A stretch of 63,503 nucleotides of DNA, counting the filler, from Choristocarpus tenellus KU-1152 (Eukaryota > Protista > Phaeophyceae): the NCBI GenBank assembly GCA_964200185.2. It is 10 parts of 10 records of this genome, joined end to end, with 100 filler letters (N's around TTAATTAATTAA, not from the genome) between each part and the next. Parts side by side here need not be neighbours in the genome. Positions count along the whole stretch, not along the records: positions 47,692 to 52,239 come from CAXNAD020014056.1; positions 52,340 to 60,291 come from CAXNAD020005345.1; positions 60,392 to 63,503 come from CAXNAD020022245.1; 7 more parts are not named here. One strand, given 5' to 3'. The position numbers were made by a program, and so were the translations under genes. This document shows positions 51,162 through 63,503 of the stretch, piece by piece. Position 1 is the first letter of the stretch. The number at the start of each line of letters is the position of its first letter. Below the pieces are notes generated by a model. That model did not search any database. It was given only the letters and a program-made list of their open reading frames with translations, and was not told the origin of the DNA.

Positions 51162-52199
51162 CGACCTATTATTCGAGAGAATGTCCCGGTGGTTCTCCTT
51201 CGGAAGAGTTCATGTTGATGAGGAACAATAACCAGAGTATGGGTCAGGTGAATACCCAAAATTGTATTACGATCAAGGAGTGTGCGGAGGGTGGGTGGTT
51301 CACCGACATTGGCCAGTATTTGTCATAGAACCCGCCGGTGACTCGAGACCGGAACAAGCTCTATTTTCATCCAAATCCCTCAGGGCCTAAGGACCTCTGC
51401 GTCTTCATGCGTAAGGATAGGAGATAACAGCAAAGTATGAGTGTGACGATCGTGGGCTGACACCCTACGTGATCTGCGTGGGAGGACGTCGTGACTACCG
51501 TGTAAATGCAAGCTCTCCCTTCCAGGCAGGTGGAGGTTTGTCATGTGCGCAACACGGGGGGTTAGAGGGGTGGAACGTAGGTGTGTGGCGAGGAATAGGA
51601 AAGGAATAGTGCCTTCGGTGCACATTGTGAGGATTGTATATATTTATATATATTGTCGTTTTCAGGTCTCCTACCAAATGTGATTGGGAAAGGGGCATGT
51701 GTACATGGTGAGAATTGTTTTGCCCTTTGCAGCAAAACGTTTTTGACGTGTTGTATAGCAATTTTTGACAGTGATGTCTGACCGAACCATGCATGCTAGT
51801 TGGTAGTCAAATGCTCCACTACTTCAATATGTGTTAGGCCCTTTGGATGTTATTGATGGAGGGGGAGACTGGAAGTTGTGTTGTCAAGGATGGCCAAGGT
51901 ATGTGTAGGAGAGGCTGTTGGGACCCTTTACTGTTCATCTGTTATATAGTGATTTATTCTGGAGATGTTTGAAAAGTATAGAGAGGTCACACTCTAAGTA
52001 GAGGTACATGTAAAAGTTCATATGCAGTGTAGCTGCTGTGCTATATGGTATATATTATGTGCAAGCTTTCTTCCCATTTTGTGATGGTGTTTCTTGTTAT
52101 ATATATATATATATTTCAAGTTAAGTAGATTGTTGACAATTGGTGTCAATAGAAGACCTGGGTGAATTTTTGTCTTGTGTAAGAATGGTGTGTGTGTGT

Positions 52200-52239
52200 G
52201 GCTCAAAATATCTGGGAGGGGGTGGCGGCTGTCCATTTG
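52200..52239 (+). mobile_element. MITE family A left end at contig end
   Basis: GGCTCAAAATATCTGGGAGGGGGTGGCGGCTGTCCATTTG. Confidence 0.85.
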
Positions 52240-52339
52240 NNNNNNNNNNNNNNNNNNNNNNNNNNNNNNNNNNNNNNNNNNNNTTAATTAATTAANNNNN
52301 NNNNNNNNNNNNNNNNNNNNNNNNNNNNNNNNNNNNNNN

Positions 52340-52428
52340 GCAAAGGAGGTTGTGGGGTGTCGGGGCGTCCACCGTGTGCTCTCCCGCTCCCCCCCCCCCC
52401 CCCCCCCCCCCCCCAGATACTTTGACCC
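52340..52428. mobile_element. Family A-type TIR with long poly-C at contig start
   Basis: C-run followed by AGATACTTTGACCC. Confidence 0.7.
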
Positions 52429-52462
52429 TGACTGGTGTATGCTATGAAGTGTCTGCAATCTT

Positions 52463-52724
52463 GAGCCAAAGTAAAAGAGAGGTACACAGGGTTGCCTTTT
52501 ATGAGGGAAATGAAAGATGTGCAAAATTCGACTTTTTGTTCAAGTGCAAACAAGGAATTATTTTAATTCTGTAAAAAAAAAATTGAGATAATACAGAAGT
52601 CAACACTCTCAGGTCAATCTTAGTACTGTATCTAGAGAAATAAGGGTGAATTGCAAAAGACGAAAAAAGTAGCTTAAAGTGCAAAACTGCCAAAATCTGG
52701 GGTACATCTCATTTAGTGTGACTC
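52463..52724. mobile_element. MITE family C-type element
   Basis: GAGCCAAAGTAAAAGAGAGGTACACAG / CTGGGGTACATCTCATTTAGTGTGACTC; CTT/CTT 3-bp TSD. Confidence 0.8.
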
Positions 52725-52779
52725 CTTTTGAAGTGCCTCTGTGCTCCTTCAAGAGATCTATGATCTATGTAAGTCATAT

Positions 52780-53640
52780 GACACCAAATGCACTACAATA
52801 TCGCTCCAAGTGAATGCTCAACTTGTGAGTTCATTACAACCTCCGTCCAAGGGGTGATGTTCGTGCTTGAGCATCAATCTTTGGACACCAGCAGCCTGTG
52901 CCCCATAGTTGTCCAATGCAGTAGCTAGCACTTCATGGACTAAATTCATGGCGATCTAGCAAAGAGCCCCAAGTACATCATGAGTGAATAGGAAAACAAC
53001 AATCAATGTTGAAGGGTGTTGTCATGGGGCAATGTATATCAGCATTTGTTTTGCTTGAATGGCAGCACAGCACTCATCACCTCAATCTTGCTGAAATACA
53101 ATTTCAGTTGTTGACCCCCTCTGCTGCACCCAATCTTTCCACAACAAGACCATTATCAAGATATTATCTACCAACAAAGGAATATCTTTTACCCTTGACC
53201 ATGGACTGTTGAGAAGAAGATCAACCAATTGATGGTGAAGATATTTAATTGATCAGAGTGATTGATGGAGGTGAACTCTATCAAATGACAAGACACTACC
53301 TAATGTTGCCCTACGATTGGAATATTATAATGTTCTCATTCTAAGAAGAGGAAAAGAGAGAGGCTAAGAGCAATACAGGAGGCTAGTGAAGCGGATTATT
53401 CTCTGACTGTTGATTGCAAGATTGGTCATATGATCTAATTGAGGTATACTGGGATGATGTAAACTATTGTGGAAACCAGTGCTTCAAATATATCAACCCT
53501 CAGGCAAAAATTGCCACGAGATATAGTATGAAATCTCCACTAAAACATTTTTGAACGAGTCATTCACTAAGTTTCATCATTACGATGTCAACTAGTGCAT
53601 CAGAGAGACTACCAGGTGTTTTCTGCTACAAAGTCAACCC
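52780..53640 (+). pseudogene. Possible highly degenerate hAT transposase relic
   Basis: Fragments resembling CxxH (CAP.L, ~52897), TRWN (NVA.R/WN, ~53302) and the dimerisation motif S..SER.FS (STSASER, ~53590), in the expected order. Confidence 0.35.
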
Positions 53641-55718
53641 AACCTCCTCACCTTGTATCCCACAATCTTGTTATATATTTCATCCAGCACTGACTCTTTC
53701 TTGATGACCTAGAAAAGGAGTGAACAGTCATGGGCAGGTAGATGTACAAAAATCCCAAAGCATCAAGAATAAGACTACAGTGTGAAATTGGCACTGTAGT
53801 GTGCCTTTCAACTGAGAGTAACTCTTACATTGTGACCTTGGCCAACACCCTAGTGAAGCATTACGCTTACTCGGGGTGCATAGCAGTGCACGTGACTGTG
53901 TTTGACTATGAGAATGGGAGGCGTTACATTGATATGCAATCAACACATTAGAATCACACAGATAGTCTCTTTTCCTACGCGTGACTTCTTAGACATGGAG
54001 CTGGAGACACCCTTGAAGACGGTGAGTTGGACACTCTTGTCTTGCCTTTTCACCACCCTCAATATTGACTATTCGATTTCCCTTTAATGCTCCCACCTTA
54101 TCCCAACCACCCTAAAGTATGCTGCATTCACCTATCTAGCACAAACCTCACTTTTCTCACTCTGTACCCTCAGGGTAACCTGCTCCAAGTGCCCTTGTGT
54201 AGCCTCACCTCCGTGTTGTGATCATTTGTCCTTGACCCGATATGACTAGAACCTTGTGACCCTGTTTGCTCCAGAGTTGCCCCAGTCAATACCTCATTCC
54301 CTAGCCCTTCCTGCAACTTTTCCTCTTGTTGTAAGGAGGTGCAATATCTTCGGTTGTTTTCACCCATGTCAAACTCAGCGGTCTGGTCACCGCTGTTGGC
54401 TACATCCTCTGCTACAAATACGTCCTCCTCGTCGTCCTCTTCCTCATCCTCATCCTCAGACTTCTTATTCCTGATGTTCTCAATGTTATTGCTGCCTTTT
54501 TCTATCCATGTTACATCAGGTTTGGAGTCAATAGAATGCTATTGTGAGATATATAAATAACTTGCAATGTGGCCCTATTCGCTGATCCCAGCTCTCTGCA
54601 GTAGCAACAATATCTCTCCCCATCCTTGAGCTCGACAATTCAATATTTTTTCTTTCATTCCCTTACCTGTCGATTCTGGCCTCTCGCATTTTGAGTCATT
54701 GCAATGTACCATACAATCTCCTCCCTCCTCAGTCACATATTCTGCTACACAGACTGCCTGTTTTTGTAACAGGGATGTAGGTGTGAGATCATGTCTTATA
54801 GATACTTGTCTGACAAGGTAGATGTGTCCCACGTTTTCTCCCAATGACCCAACAACATCCAGTGATTCCCACTGGTGTGGGGACGGGCGACAGGCACCTC
54901 TGATTCCACCTTCTTGCCAATGCACGGGGAGCTATTTGGGTTGGGGATACCACCCAAGTCATCCGCAATCTAACTGGAGCCTGGACCGATTAGCTTACCC
55001 CATAACTTTCACCTTCTGCGGAAGGCTCCTACAACGTCTTCAGGACATACTCAACATTTTAAGAATAGCAATGTACAGTGCAATGTTTACGTGCGTCAGG
55101 ATAGAATTAATAAATAAGAAGAAAATTGTATCGACCGATGAGAGGGTGTGAAAATTTGAGAGTGAAGTTCTTGGTGAGATTTAGAAGAGGGGTAGGGTTT
55201 GACAGTGACACCAGATGTAATGATATCAAAGGCTGTTGCAGGAAAGTTCTCTCACAAGTTCCTGTAACCTTTATTATTCCTTCAAAGATTCAGTGTACAT
55301 GACTTAAACCTCCCTGGTTGAGTTGACCCCTACTCCACCCCTTCAGTTGCTTACGGCATGATTTATCGGTATTGATGTCCTCTTACCTCACTAGGAGGTG
55401 AATACTTCGTGACTGAGCGAGTTGTCATCAAGGCAGTGCATAGATCAGGTCTTTCCTCCACCGCATATTAGAGTGTACTACTAATGCTGAGAGTCTAGTG
55501 TCTAACTATCCCACCCCAGACAGGAGAGATTAGAGAGCATAAAGTATCTACGATTAATCACAAGTATAAATTTAACAACATATCTATTTTCAGGCTTACT
55601 TCCCAAGTATAGGAAATGATCAACTGTGGCTAGAAAAAACACAGTCCTCTAGCACTTTATCTCCGCCTGAACAATGATAGATTCTGCCCCTGCTGACAGA
55701 GTCACTGTGTCTACTATT

Positions 55719-55977
55719 GAGTGAAAGTATCTTAGAGGGTACGAATTTTTCCTTATTTTTCCATCTGGAGCTTGGCTTCCCACGGGTTTTTAATGACATT
55801 TTACCTACTCCAAAGCGTTTAGAAGAAGGTAAAATATCTACGTTATGAAAAGATGTGTCCAGAAGAAGGATATTGACATCTCCTAACAAACACGATAGCC
55901 AAAATTACATCAAAATTGCAACATTTGATTTTGGTCCCCAAATCGACGTGGCTCCACCCTTTAAGATACTTTGCCTC
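55719..55977 (-). mobile_element. MITE family B, full copy
   Basis: Both TIRs present; ATT/ATT 3-bp TSD. Confidence 0.9.
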
Positions 55978-57792
55978 ATTAATACTCTGGAGTGTTACGT
56001 ATGAAAGCTTTGAAATCTGACTTCACATCTTTGTTCATCTTGAGAGATCACCCCGAAAGCCTTTTGTAAAAGCTGGTGATTTCTTGTAAGTAGTGAATTT
56101 GAGATGCGAGGAATACATCAAGTAGACAAGTACCTGACATTTCAATGCAGCACCACCCTCCACATCAAGTATCCTATAGTTCAGATCCCTCCCCACAGGT
56201 TCTTGCATGTACCAGCCCCAAACTCTTACCTTCATCTCATCACATATCTTCTCGTCCTTGGTATTCTGCCGATCTGGGCATGTTGATGTCGCTGGTGTGA
56301 TCTCTTGGACAACAGAAGTTTCCAACAGCACATCATTATCCTCACCCTAGTGAGTCATTCGACACAGGTGGTGCAACATAAGGTGATAGAGACTTGTGGA
56401 ACATGCACCCATATCTATATATTCTAGTAGCATGTGTGCGTGTGTGTGGACTGAATGATTAGTTGTGGTATAATTGGTCCGTATTTTTCAAATGTACCAC
56501 ACAAAAAAGAAGAAGCAGAGAAACGAACATAGTATGAACAGAATTTAAAAAAAAAAAATACACTTGAAACTCTAACTATAAAACCTATCCGACATATCCA
56601 GAAAAGATCCAATGAGCAGGCACACCTACATATGGAACATGTGCAGACTATGTGTGCTAATACTTTGCGTGTTGTATGGCAGACTTTGGGAATAATATCA
56701 CAATCATGGTTGAAATTTGCGGGAAAAGATGTATTTTGCTGTTCAAATCACAAATCAAGCGATGGAAACAAGAAAATCAAAAGGAGGTCAAATCAGAAAT
56801 TGTTCAATGTTGGATTGTGTTATCACTGCCGCAATATTCAGTCAAGGTGGACATTCCAAAGTCAATTAGCACACCTCCTGACATACAACAACAAAAACAT
56901 CATCCTCCTCATCCTCCACCACGTAGCCTCCCAACTGCTCAGAGGCATTGGTCTCTACCCACTGCTGATGAGTAGAGGAGGTACCTATGAGCACGGTCAA
57001 GGGGGAAAAAATCAGGAATTTCAATGATTATTGACTGTAAGAAAGCCAATCATCATATCTCGTCACGACCCTCAAATTCAAAAATATAAATGCAGTTGTT
57101 TGAAAGCAAAGGTTTTTGCTGTAAACACCCTGCCATAAGCACAGTTGTGGAACCTCAGCAGTTGAATTGCAATGTATTCTGAACACTACACACAAGAAAA
57201 TGCTTTCCTCTTTTTTGTTCACCTCATTGTACAATGACATGAGTGAACTGCCTACCTCATCCCGGAATTGCCGTACTCAACAAAGGGTGTGTTTGCGCCC
57301 TGTTTCTGATATTCTGCGGCAAAGACCGGATTTGGAATTAAACGAAACAAGCTAGTGGATGCTGCAGTGAAAGAAGAGATTTTGTACATATAACACTTTT
57401 TCGGAGCGACCATCACTACTAAAAGGTTCATACATTTTTCTACACAACATAGACCTGTGTATTGCACCTCAGCGAATACGCCCTCCTGGTTTCTCAGATT
57501 GCAGTGTCTAGCGTTCAATATACCTTGGGAGGCATAACCTACTCCATCAACCACAGGCACACCAACGCCTTGTGTATTACCAGTCTTGCCAAAAAGATCT
57601 TCTGAGTTTCACTATATTTCCTCAGTGCTCCTATTAGAAACTCTTACACTTGGTCTTGATGTCCTCAGCAGATGTTTTGGTTCGTGTTTTTGTACCCTCT
57701 ACTGAGGCTTCAGCCAATAGCTCCATCACCTCCCGTCCATTCTGTGTACACACCTTGAAGTCACGATCGATCGAATATTTTCAGAATGGCAA

Positions 57793-57815
57793 GAGAGAGA
57801 GAGAGAGAGAGAGAG
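57793..57815 (+). repeat. (GA)n microsatellite
   Basis: Read directly from the sequence. Confidence 0.9.
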
Positions 57816-60149
57816 GAGTTCTAGTATCTTCTGTATGCTGTTGGCTATTGAGTGTTGCCACTCTTAGTGGTGGCGCTTCAGTTGTTGGTGCACTTCTAAC
57901 ACAACAGAGAGTGTTTCCCTCCCAAATGTCCCCTTCCCTCAGTGAAGTGCATCTGGGCCCAGTTGACTTGATAGAGAGGAGCTGGGGCTAGGAAAACAAG
58001 CTTTCTCCTGGGTAGAAGATAACACACGGCTTACTACATGAGCAGGGATTGGGAGAGAGCAACACGGTGCAAAGGGAAAATTCCTAAAAGGAAAATTCCT
58101 AGGGCAAAGGTTGAGAGGAAGCCCATATTTGTCGAAGATGGGGACATTCACACGTGGAGCTCATGTGTCCGTTGTGCTACACCATCAGAGTTGGAATACC
58201 CCTCAGACATGTTTTGTAACAGGGATTTTGTAGTGGCAAAATCATAGGTGTGCACCTTCTTTGGAACAAGCCAGAGCTCAATATACTCGTCATCCTTAGC
58301 GCTCTCTCGCCATGGAAGCTGATTGTGTCAGACAATGTAGCTTTGACAGCATGAATGGGAGATAACAAGAAGCCAGATATTGTCAACAAACAAACAACTC
58401 CTTTGTTCATCGACTCTGCCCAATTAATTGAAAATAGAATGACTACCTGTTGAAATAACACCTGCTTCGCTTCATGGATTCAGTGAGGGGGATGAGGTCC
58501 TTACAGAATGACAAAGTGTTGATGGATTCTGGACAACCCTAACCGCCATCACTATACCCTTCTGTCATTCATTTCACCATGCTACAAATGCTCACACACA
58601 TATGCACAGACCTTGGTAGCTGCAACCTCAGCAGCAGTACAACCAGTACAGTCCTTAGCACGCTGGCTGGCCCCCCTGCCCAGCAGAAATCTGACAACCT
58701 CAGGAAAACTCTGTTTCATGGGCAAACACCACGGCAGCATAGGGAGGGAAGCATTTCAGGTACAGTATGTTAAGGGAGGTTATGTTTGGACAAGCCCGCA
58801 GCGCAGGTGCACAGGAATGTTCTAGTAGTTTGCAGAATTTAATGCTGTACAATTCAAGCAAAAAAGGATAGTTTTTTTTTGCCTTCCACTATATTCTTCA
58901 AGAGTGGGAGCCTCACATATCTTCTAAAACAAAGAGGAGAGTGAGGGCAATTGGAATTTTCTCCTGGAGTGCTCTGCAGTAAGTGTGTGTGTTTGGTTGC
59001 TGTAAGTGTTGTGAATTGTTCTCGAGCAAAAGGAACTACAGTCGATTTTTGGTATGAATTTGAAATTCTAGTTGATACTGAAGACAGGGACCAAGATTGG
59101 AATGGAGCTCAGATTGGTTGAACACTGGATATTTATAAAGTACACCATGAAACTGGAAACTTACAGTGTAGGCATTGTATTGTCTACAAAAATACTGCTC
59201 TATGTTTTTCGTGCAGGTAGCCTGAATTCCAATCTCCTGGTAGAATCGCCACTCCTAGGCATGCAGAGACAAAGGTGTACACAGAGACACCTTCTTGACA
59301 AAGAATGGCACACTGAATTTGAAGTATGAAGATTGAATTTAGTTTTGATCGACTACAAGCAACAGATTATTGTTATCAAAAATGTCTCCAATTGTGGACA
59401 GAATTGAGTCTCCGATTGATGAACTGGCCTGATTGGTAACAATCCAAGAGTCCAAGAATACAAAAAGAAAAGTTATCTATTATCAATAAGACGGAAGTGA
59501 ACCTTATCCAGCTGGTAGAATTGCATGTTTGAGGGATAGTGTTGGGAGGCACCAAGATAAGCTCACACTATCTGGATTCTCCTCTTGATGAATTCCTCTT
59601 CCTGCGTGCAATTTGTAAATAAAGGCATTGACATCCCAAAGCCACCTTCTGTAAAATCCTACGCATATTCCCGTTACTCCAATTCATTTTTGCAAAGCAC
59701 CACTACAGATGCTTGCACTTTTCATAATTTCGGCTGGGTAGGACTGGTATAAAAGCCCAAATATAGGATACACCAAGTAATGAACATTTCACAACATTCC
59801 ACTTGGTGCTCCCGCCAACAGAGTTGGCCCAATGGCGCTGTGTATCACATTTGCAGCCCAGGAGGTGCTACTATATTATATCTCCCTCAACCCCTATGAT
59901 TGACCATGTCAACACAACAGAGACAATGAATCATCCTTTCATAAGATCTCTATTGCCTTTCAAGTCTCCTTTCCCAGATTAACTGGACAATACACCATAA
60001 GTATGACCCTTCTACAACGGAACAAGATCCTACATTGAACTGTATGCCAGGGTGTTTTGCACATACTCTAGATGGCGTTCAACTCTACTGAGTCCTTACC
60101 ATTCGGTACAGACTTAGTAGTCCGAGAAACCAAGACAAAGAACAGCAAC

Positions 60150-60291
60150 GGCTCAAAATATCTGGGAGGGAGTGGCGGCTGTCCATTTGGGGTCAATTTT
60201 TTCATGTTGCAATTTTTGGGCGATTTGGTTGCATACATCAGATGGATACTATAAATGCACTTTTCTTGATTTTGGTCCAAATGGACACCCC
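60150..60291 (+). mobile_element. MITE family A, truncated by contig end
   Basis: Colinear with 4996-5171. Confidence 0.9.
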
Positions 60292-60391
60292 NNNNNNNNN
60301 NNNNNNNNNNNNNNNNNNNNNNNNNNNNNNNNNNNTTAATTAATTAANNNNNNNNNNNNNNNNNNNNNNNNNNNNNNNNNNNNNNNNNNNN

Positions 60392-60447
60392 CAAGCCCCA
60401 AATGGACAAACAGGGCAAAACTCATACCCTCTAAGATACTTTCACTC
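60392..60447 (+). mobile_element. MITE family B right end at contig start
   Basis: CAAGCCCCAAATGGAC...CCCTCTAAGATACTTTCACTC. Confidence 0.88.
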
Positions 60448-61934
60448 AAAGCAAATCGAATGAGTAGCCTGTTTTAGCAGGTAGTCATAGACACTGAAAG
60501 GCACGTAGGATAGCAGAAGTCAGAATCAAGAAGCCGCCCACATCAGAGCATACACTAGTATATGGGTTGCATAGCCTATAGTCTTTGAAACACAAAAATG
60601 CAAACAATGCATTACTTTTTTCTTTTCTTTCCCTCTTTTCTATTTTGTGACTGCTTTCTGTTATATTTTTGTATTTTTTCATTTTTATCTCACACTTCCG
60701 TTCTTTTTAGATTTATTTATCTTCCTAACCCTGACCCCATCATTCATTTTATTTGTTTTTTATTTTGTGAATCGTGTGATTCTTTGGCGGCGTGGTTCAC
60801 TCAGGTAAGGGTGGCGAAGAGAATCACCGGGCAAGACGGACTAGACGAACAAAGACGAACCGTAACCGAGAGTAGAAGGTTAGGGTTGGACAAGTGCAAG
60901 ACCTCAAGGACTTGCAGGAAAAATTGAGGAGTGATCAGCATCTTCAGAGAGGGGGATCATCACCAATAGCCAAGACAAGAGAACAAAGTGAATCTCTCAT
61001 GTTTGACAACTCTGAATGAAGAGCAGTCCCAAATCTGTGTGGCTGGTCTCTTGAAGAGATTCCATGGCTTCATTCTCACCGAAGATCCGCCAGTGGAATC
61101 ATGGGCACTTGACAAGGAACCTCAATCGGTACAACGGTATCACGGTATATGGCATATGGCATATGGCAATAGCGGCATAACAACAGACAAACATGCTTCC
61201 CACATCACCCCCCCTTCTGATCGGCCTTGGAGCCATGTAAGCATGTCAACCAAAAGGTGAGCTCTGGGAGCGAAATGGGAAATATGTGTGACGGTTAGTA
61301 TACTATTGCGCCATTGTATTGCACAACTCCATTAATACAAAATGAAGTGTAACATATAAACGAGGCACCTAATGAATATCTGATCAGGATAACATTAGCC
61401 TAAGGTTGACGGTGTGTGGTCAGCACACCAATCAAGCTTATGAAGTCCGAGAGTATGGGATCAGCATATCAATCAGCCTAAAGACGGGGCGAGAGGTGTA
61501 TGTGGCCAGCATATAGGGTCTCTATTATCTTGTATATAGCAGAGGATATACTCAGAATGGGGATAAGAGGAGCAAACACTATACGATGTCAATGAACGGT
61601 TTGACTAGTGTCTGTTATTCGACATTGCTATACGGGTGTTACATAATATTTTGATCACCACTCCGATGCGTGGAAACAACACCACATGTTACATGACCAA
61701 TATCAACACAGCAGACGACGAGATCAAATGTGCACACCCATTCTTCTTTCTCAATTCTGACATCGATTGGAATAATGCTCACGACTATAATATTCCAAGT
61801 GGATAACTTGGACGTACCATGTTTGTGGTTCAACTCTCCTAAAACGATATGAGGTGACTGTATGGTCATTACATCATGTCGGGGGGACCATGCCATTCAA
61901 GAAATAAAATAAATAACATGTATGACTCACCTAA

Positions 61935-62190
61935 TAGCCAAAGTATCTTAGAGGGCAGAGCCGTGTCCATTTGGGAACTAAAATCCAATGTTGCGATTTT
62001 GATGTAATTTCCATCGTGTTTGTTAGGAAGTGTCAATATCCATGTTCTGGACACATCTTTTCATAACGTATACATTTTACTTACTCCGAAACATTTTGGA
62101 GTAGGAAAATGTCAAAAAAAAAACTATTGGAAGCCAAGCCCCAAATGGACAAACAGACCAAAACTCGTACCCTCTAAGATACTTTCACTC
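61935..62190 (+). mobile_element. MITE family B, full copy
   Basis: Both TIRs present; TAA/TAA 3-bp TSD. Confidence 0.9.
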
Positions 62191-62900
62191 TAAAGTCTCC
62201 ATCTCTTACCTGGTGGTAGATTTGAACCTTCATCTTTTTTTAATGGGGTTTTAGTCGTTTCATGATGATCAATAAATCCATTTCATGAAAACGTGATATC
62301 CGTAATGAACAACCACCTCGAGCACACAAGTGCTAATGTGCCCGGTGATACAGTGTCTTCACCATCACATGTGTCCACTCATTCAAACGAGAAGAGTTTG
62401 ATAAAATAAATTTATTATGAATTTATCCAAATCCACCAACGTATGTGTATAGTCTATTTGCAAGGATTGATAAACCTGGTAGACACCGGATGCCAAGTCA
62501 GAGTAGGTTGTGAACAGGCTAACTGACATTTGTTACCAGTTATCTCATCTCTTCACAAAACGATAGGCTATAACCATCTATGACAAAATGACATACAAAC
62601 AATTTGTCTAAACTAGATGGTCAACCTATGTAAAGGATGATGGTATGTGGGTACCATGAGATCCAGCTAAAACACGCAAGACATAAAAAAACATAAAATA
62701 TATTTATAAAAAATGAAAAATGAAAATTGGCAGGGATCTGTACCCCACATATATACAACGATCTCTTTACTGAAACGATAGGTTACAACATTATGGCAAT
62801 GCATGATATACAGACTATGCAAAGGAGTATGATATCAGTAAATACAAATTCTAAAGTCAACACTGTGTGGGACGAGAATTTTACTGGTTATCCAATCCAT

Positions 62901-63503
62901 TTACTGGCGATAGACTGCAATCATTTCACGGCATTGTGGGATCTGTTCTATTCTTTTCTGAAGATCACAAGACGGTCGATAGCCACAAAGATGAAGGTGA
63001 TAGATAACAGTAGTGGACAAACGACGAGAAGGATCAGGTCTATGTCCAACAAAGTTATCAATAGTGTATTGGGCATTGGCTCAAAGTATCTGGGGGAGGT
63101 GGCGGCTGTCCTTTTGGGGCCCATTTCTTAATGCCATGATATATTTGGGTGATTTCGTTACATACGTCAGATGGATAATGTAAGTGCATTTTTCCTGGTT
63201 ATGGTCCAAATGGACACCCTGGTGTAGACCCCCCCCCCAGATACTTTGGGCGAATAACAAGTTTGAGAGATTTGATGGTCTAAATCTGGTAATGGTAATG
63301 TTTTCCCAGGAACAAGTAATCCAGTTACTTCAAATCTGGTGTGGGAGGTTGGACTTGAGGATAGTAGCGCTTCATTCGACCTCAATGAATGGAAAATGGA
63401 CGTGGGTTTCCAGGTAATACCACCCTGTATACGATGGGTGATACCTTAGAATGTACTTCATACGGACCCCTCCAAAGGTGGAGTCACTTCTAATTTGAAC
63501 CAT
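62901..63503 (-). mobile_element. Degenerate Ty3/Gypsy (chromovirus-type) integrase C-terminus: GPY/F module plus chromodomain, interrupted by MITE A
   Basis: WRGPYEVHSKVSPIVYRVVLPG..IH*GRMKRYY (with stops), then past the MITE YTIDNFVGHR....YHLHLCGYRPSCD....EQIPQCREMIAVYRQ* ending at 62901. Confidence 0.8.
63078..63252 (+). mobile_element. MITE family A, full copy
   Basis: Both TIRs present; flanks ATT/AAT. Confidence 0.9.

Noticed and set aside
54100-59900. Host genes among the many 60-130 aa ORFs
   Set aside because: No recognisable domains or consistent exon chains; probably decayed TE sequence.

Overview
This is eukaryotic nuclear DNA, not one continuous locus. Ten short contigs are joined by nine artificial 100-nt spacers (44 N + TTAATTAATTAA + 44 N), so adjacency across a spacer means nothing. 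The source looks like a photosynthetic, flagellated stramenopile (ochrophyte, brown-alga-like; inference): it has GT-AG introns, a CFAP251/WDR66 flagellar gene, a gene with a bipartite signal + 'AF' plastid presequence, and TTAGGG repeats. Hand-spliced, phase-consistent partial host genes are a DUF445-like membrane protein head-to-head with an unknown multipass membrane protein, a PDI C-terminus (WCGYC, KEEL), the CFAP251 N-terminus, a plastid-targeted protein and a few unknowns. The rest is transposon-rich: about 25 copies or fragments of at least three related MITE families (shared termini, mostly 3-bp TSDs, one copy nested in another), a six-exon Sola-like transposase, a ParB-like ORF cut by a MITE, relics of Copia, chromoviral Gypsy and hAT elements, and several unexplained tandem arrays. 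I found no CRISPR array, rRNA, intact tRNA or prokaryotic system, and I cannot demonstrate a new biological system. The best leads are the MITE clan, the intron-rich Sola-like transposase, the ParB-like ORF and the paired ~200-bp and ~83/248-bp arrays. All family assignments are motif recognition by eye, without database searches.
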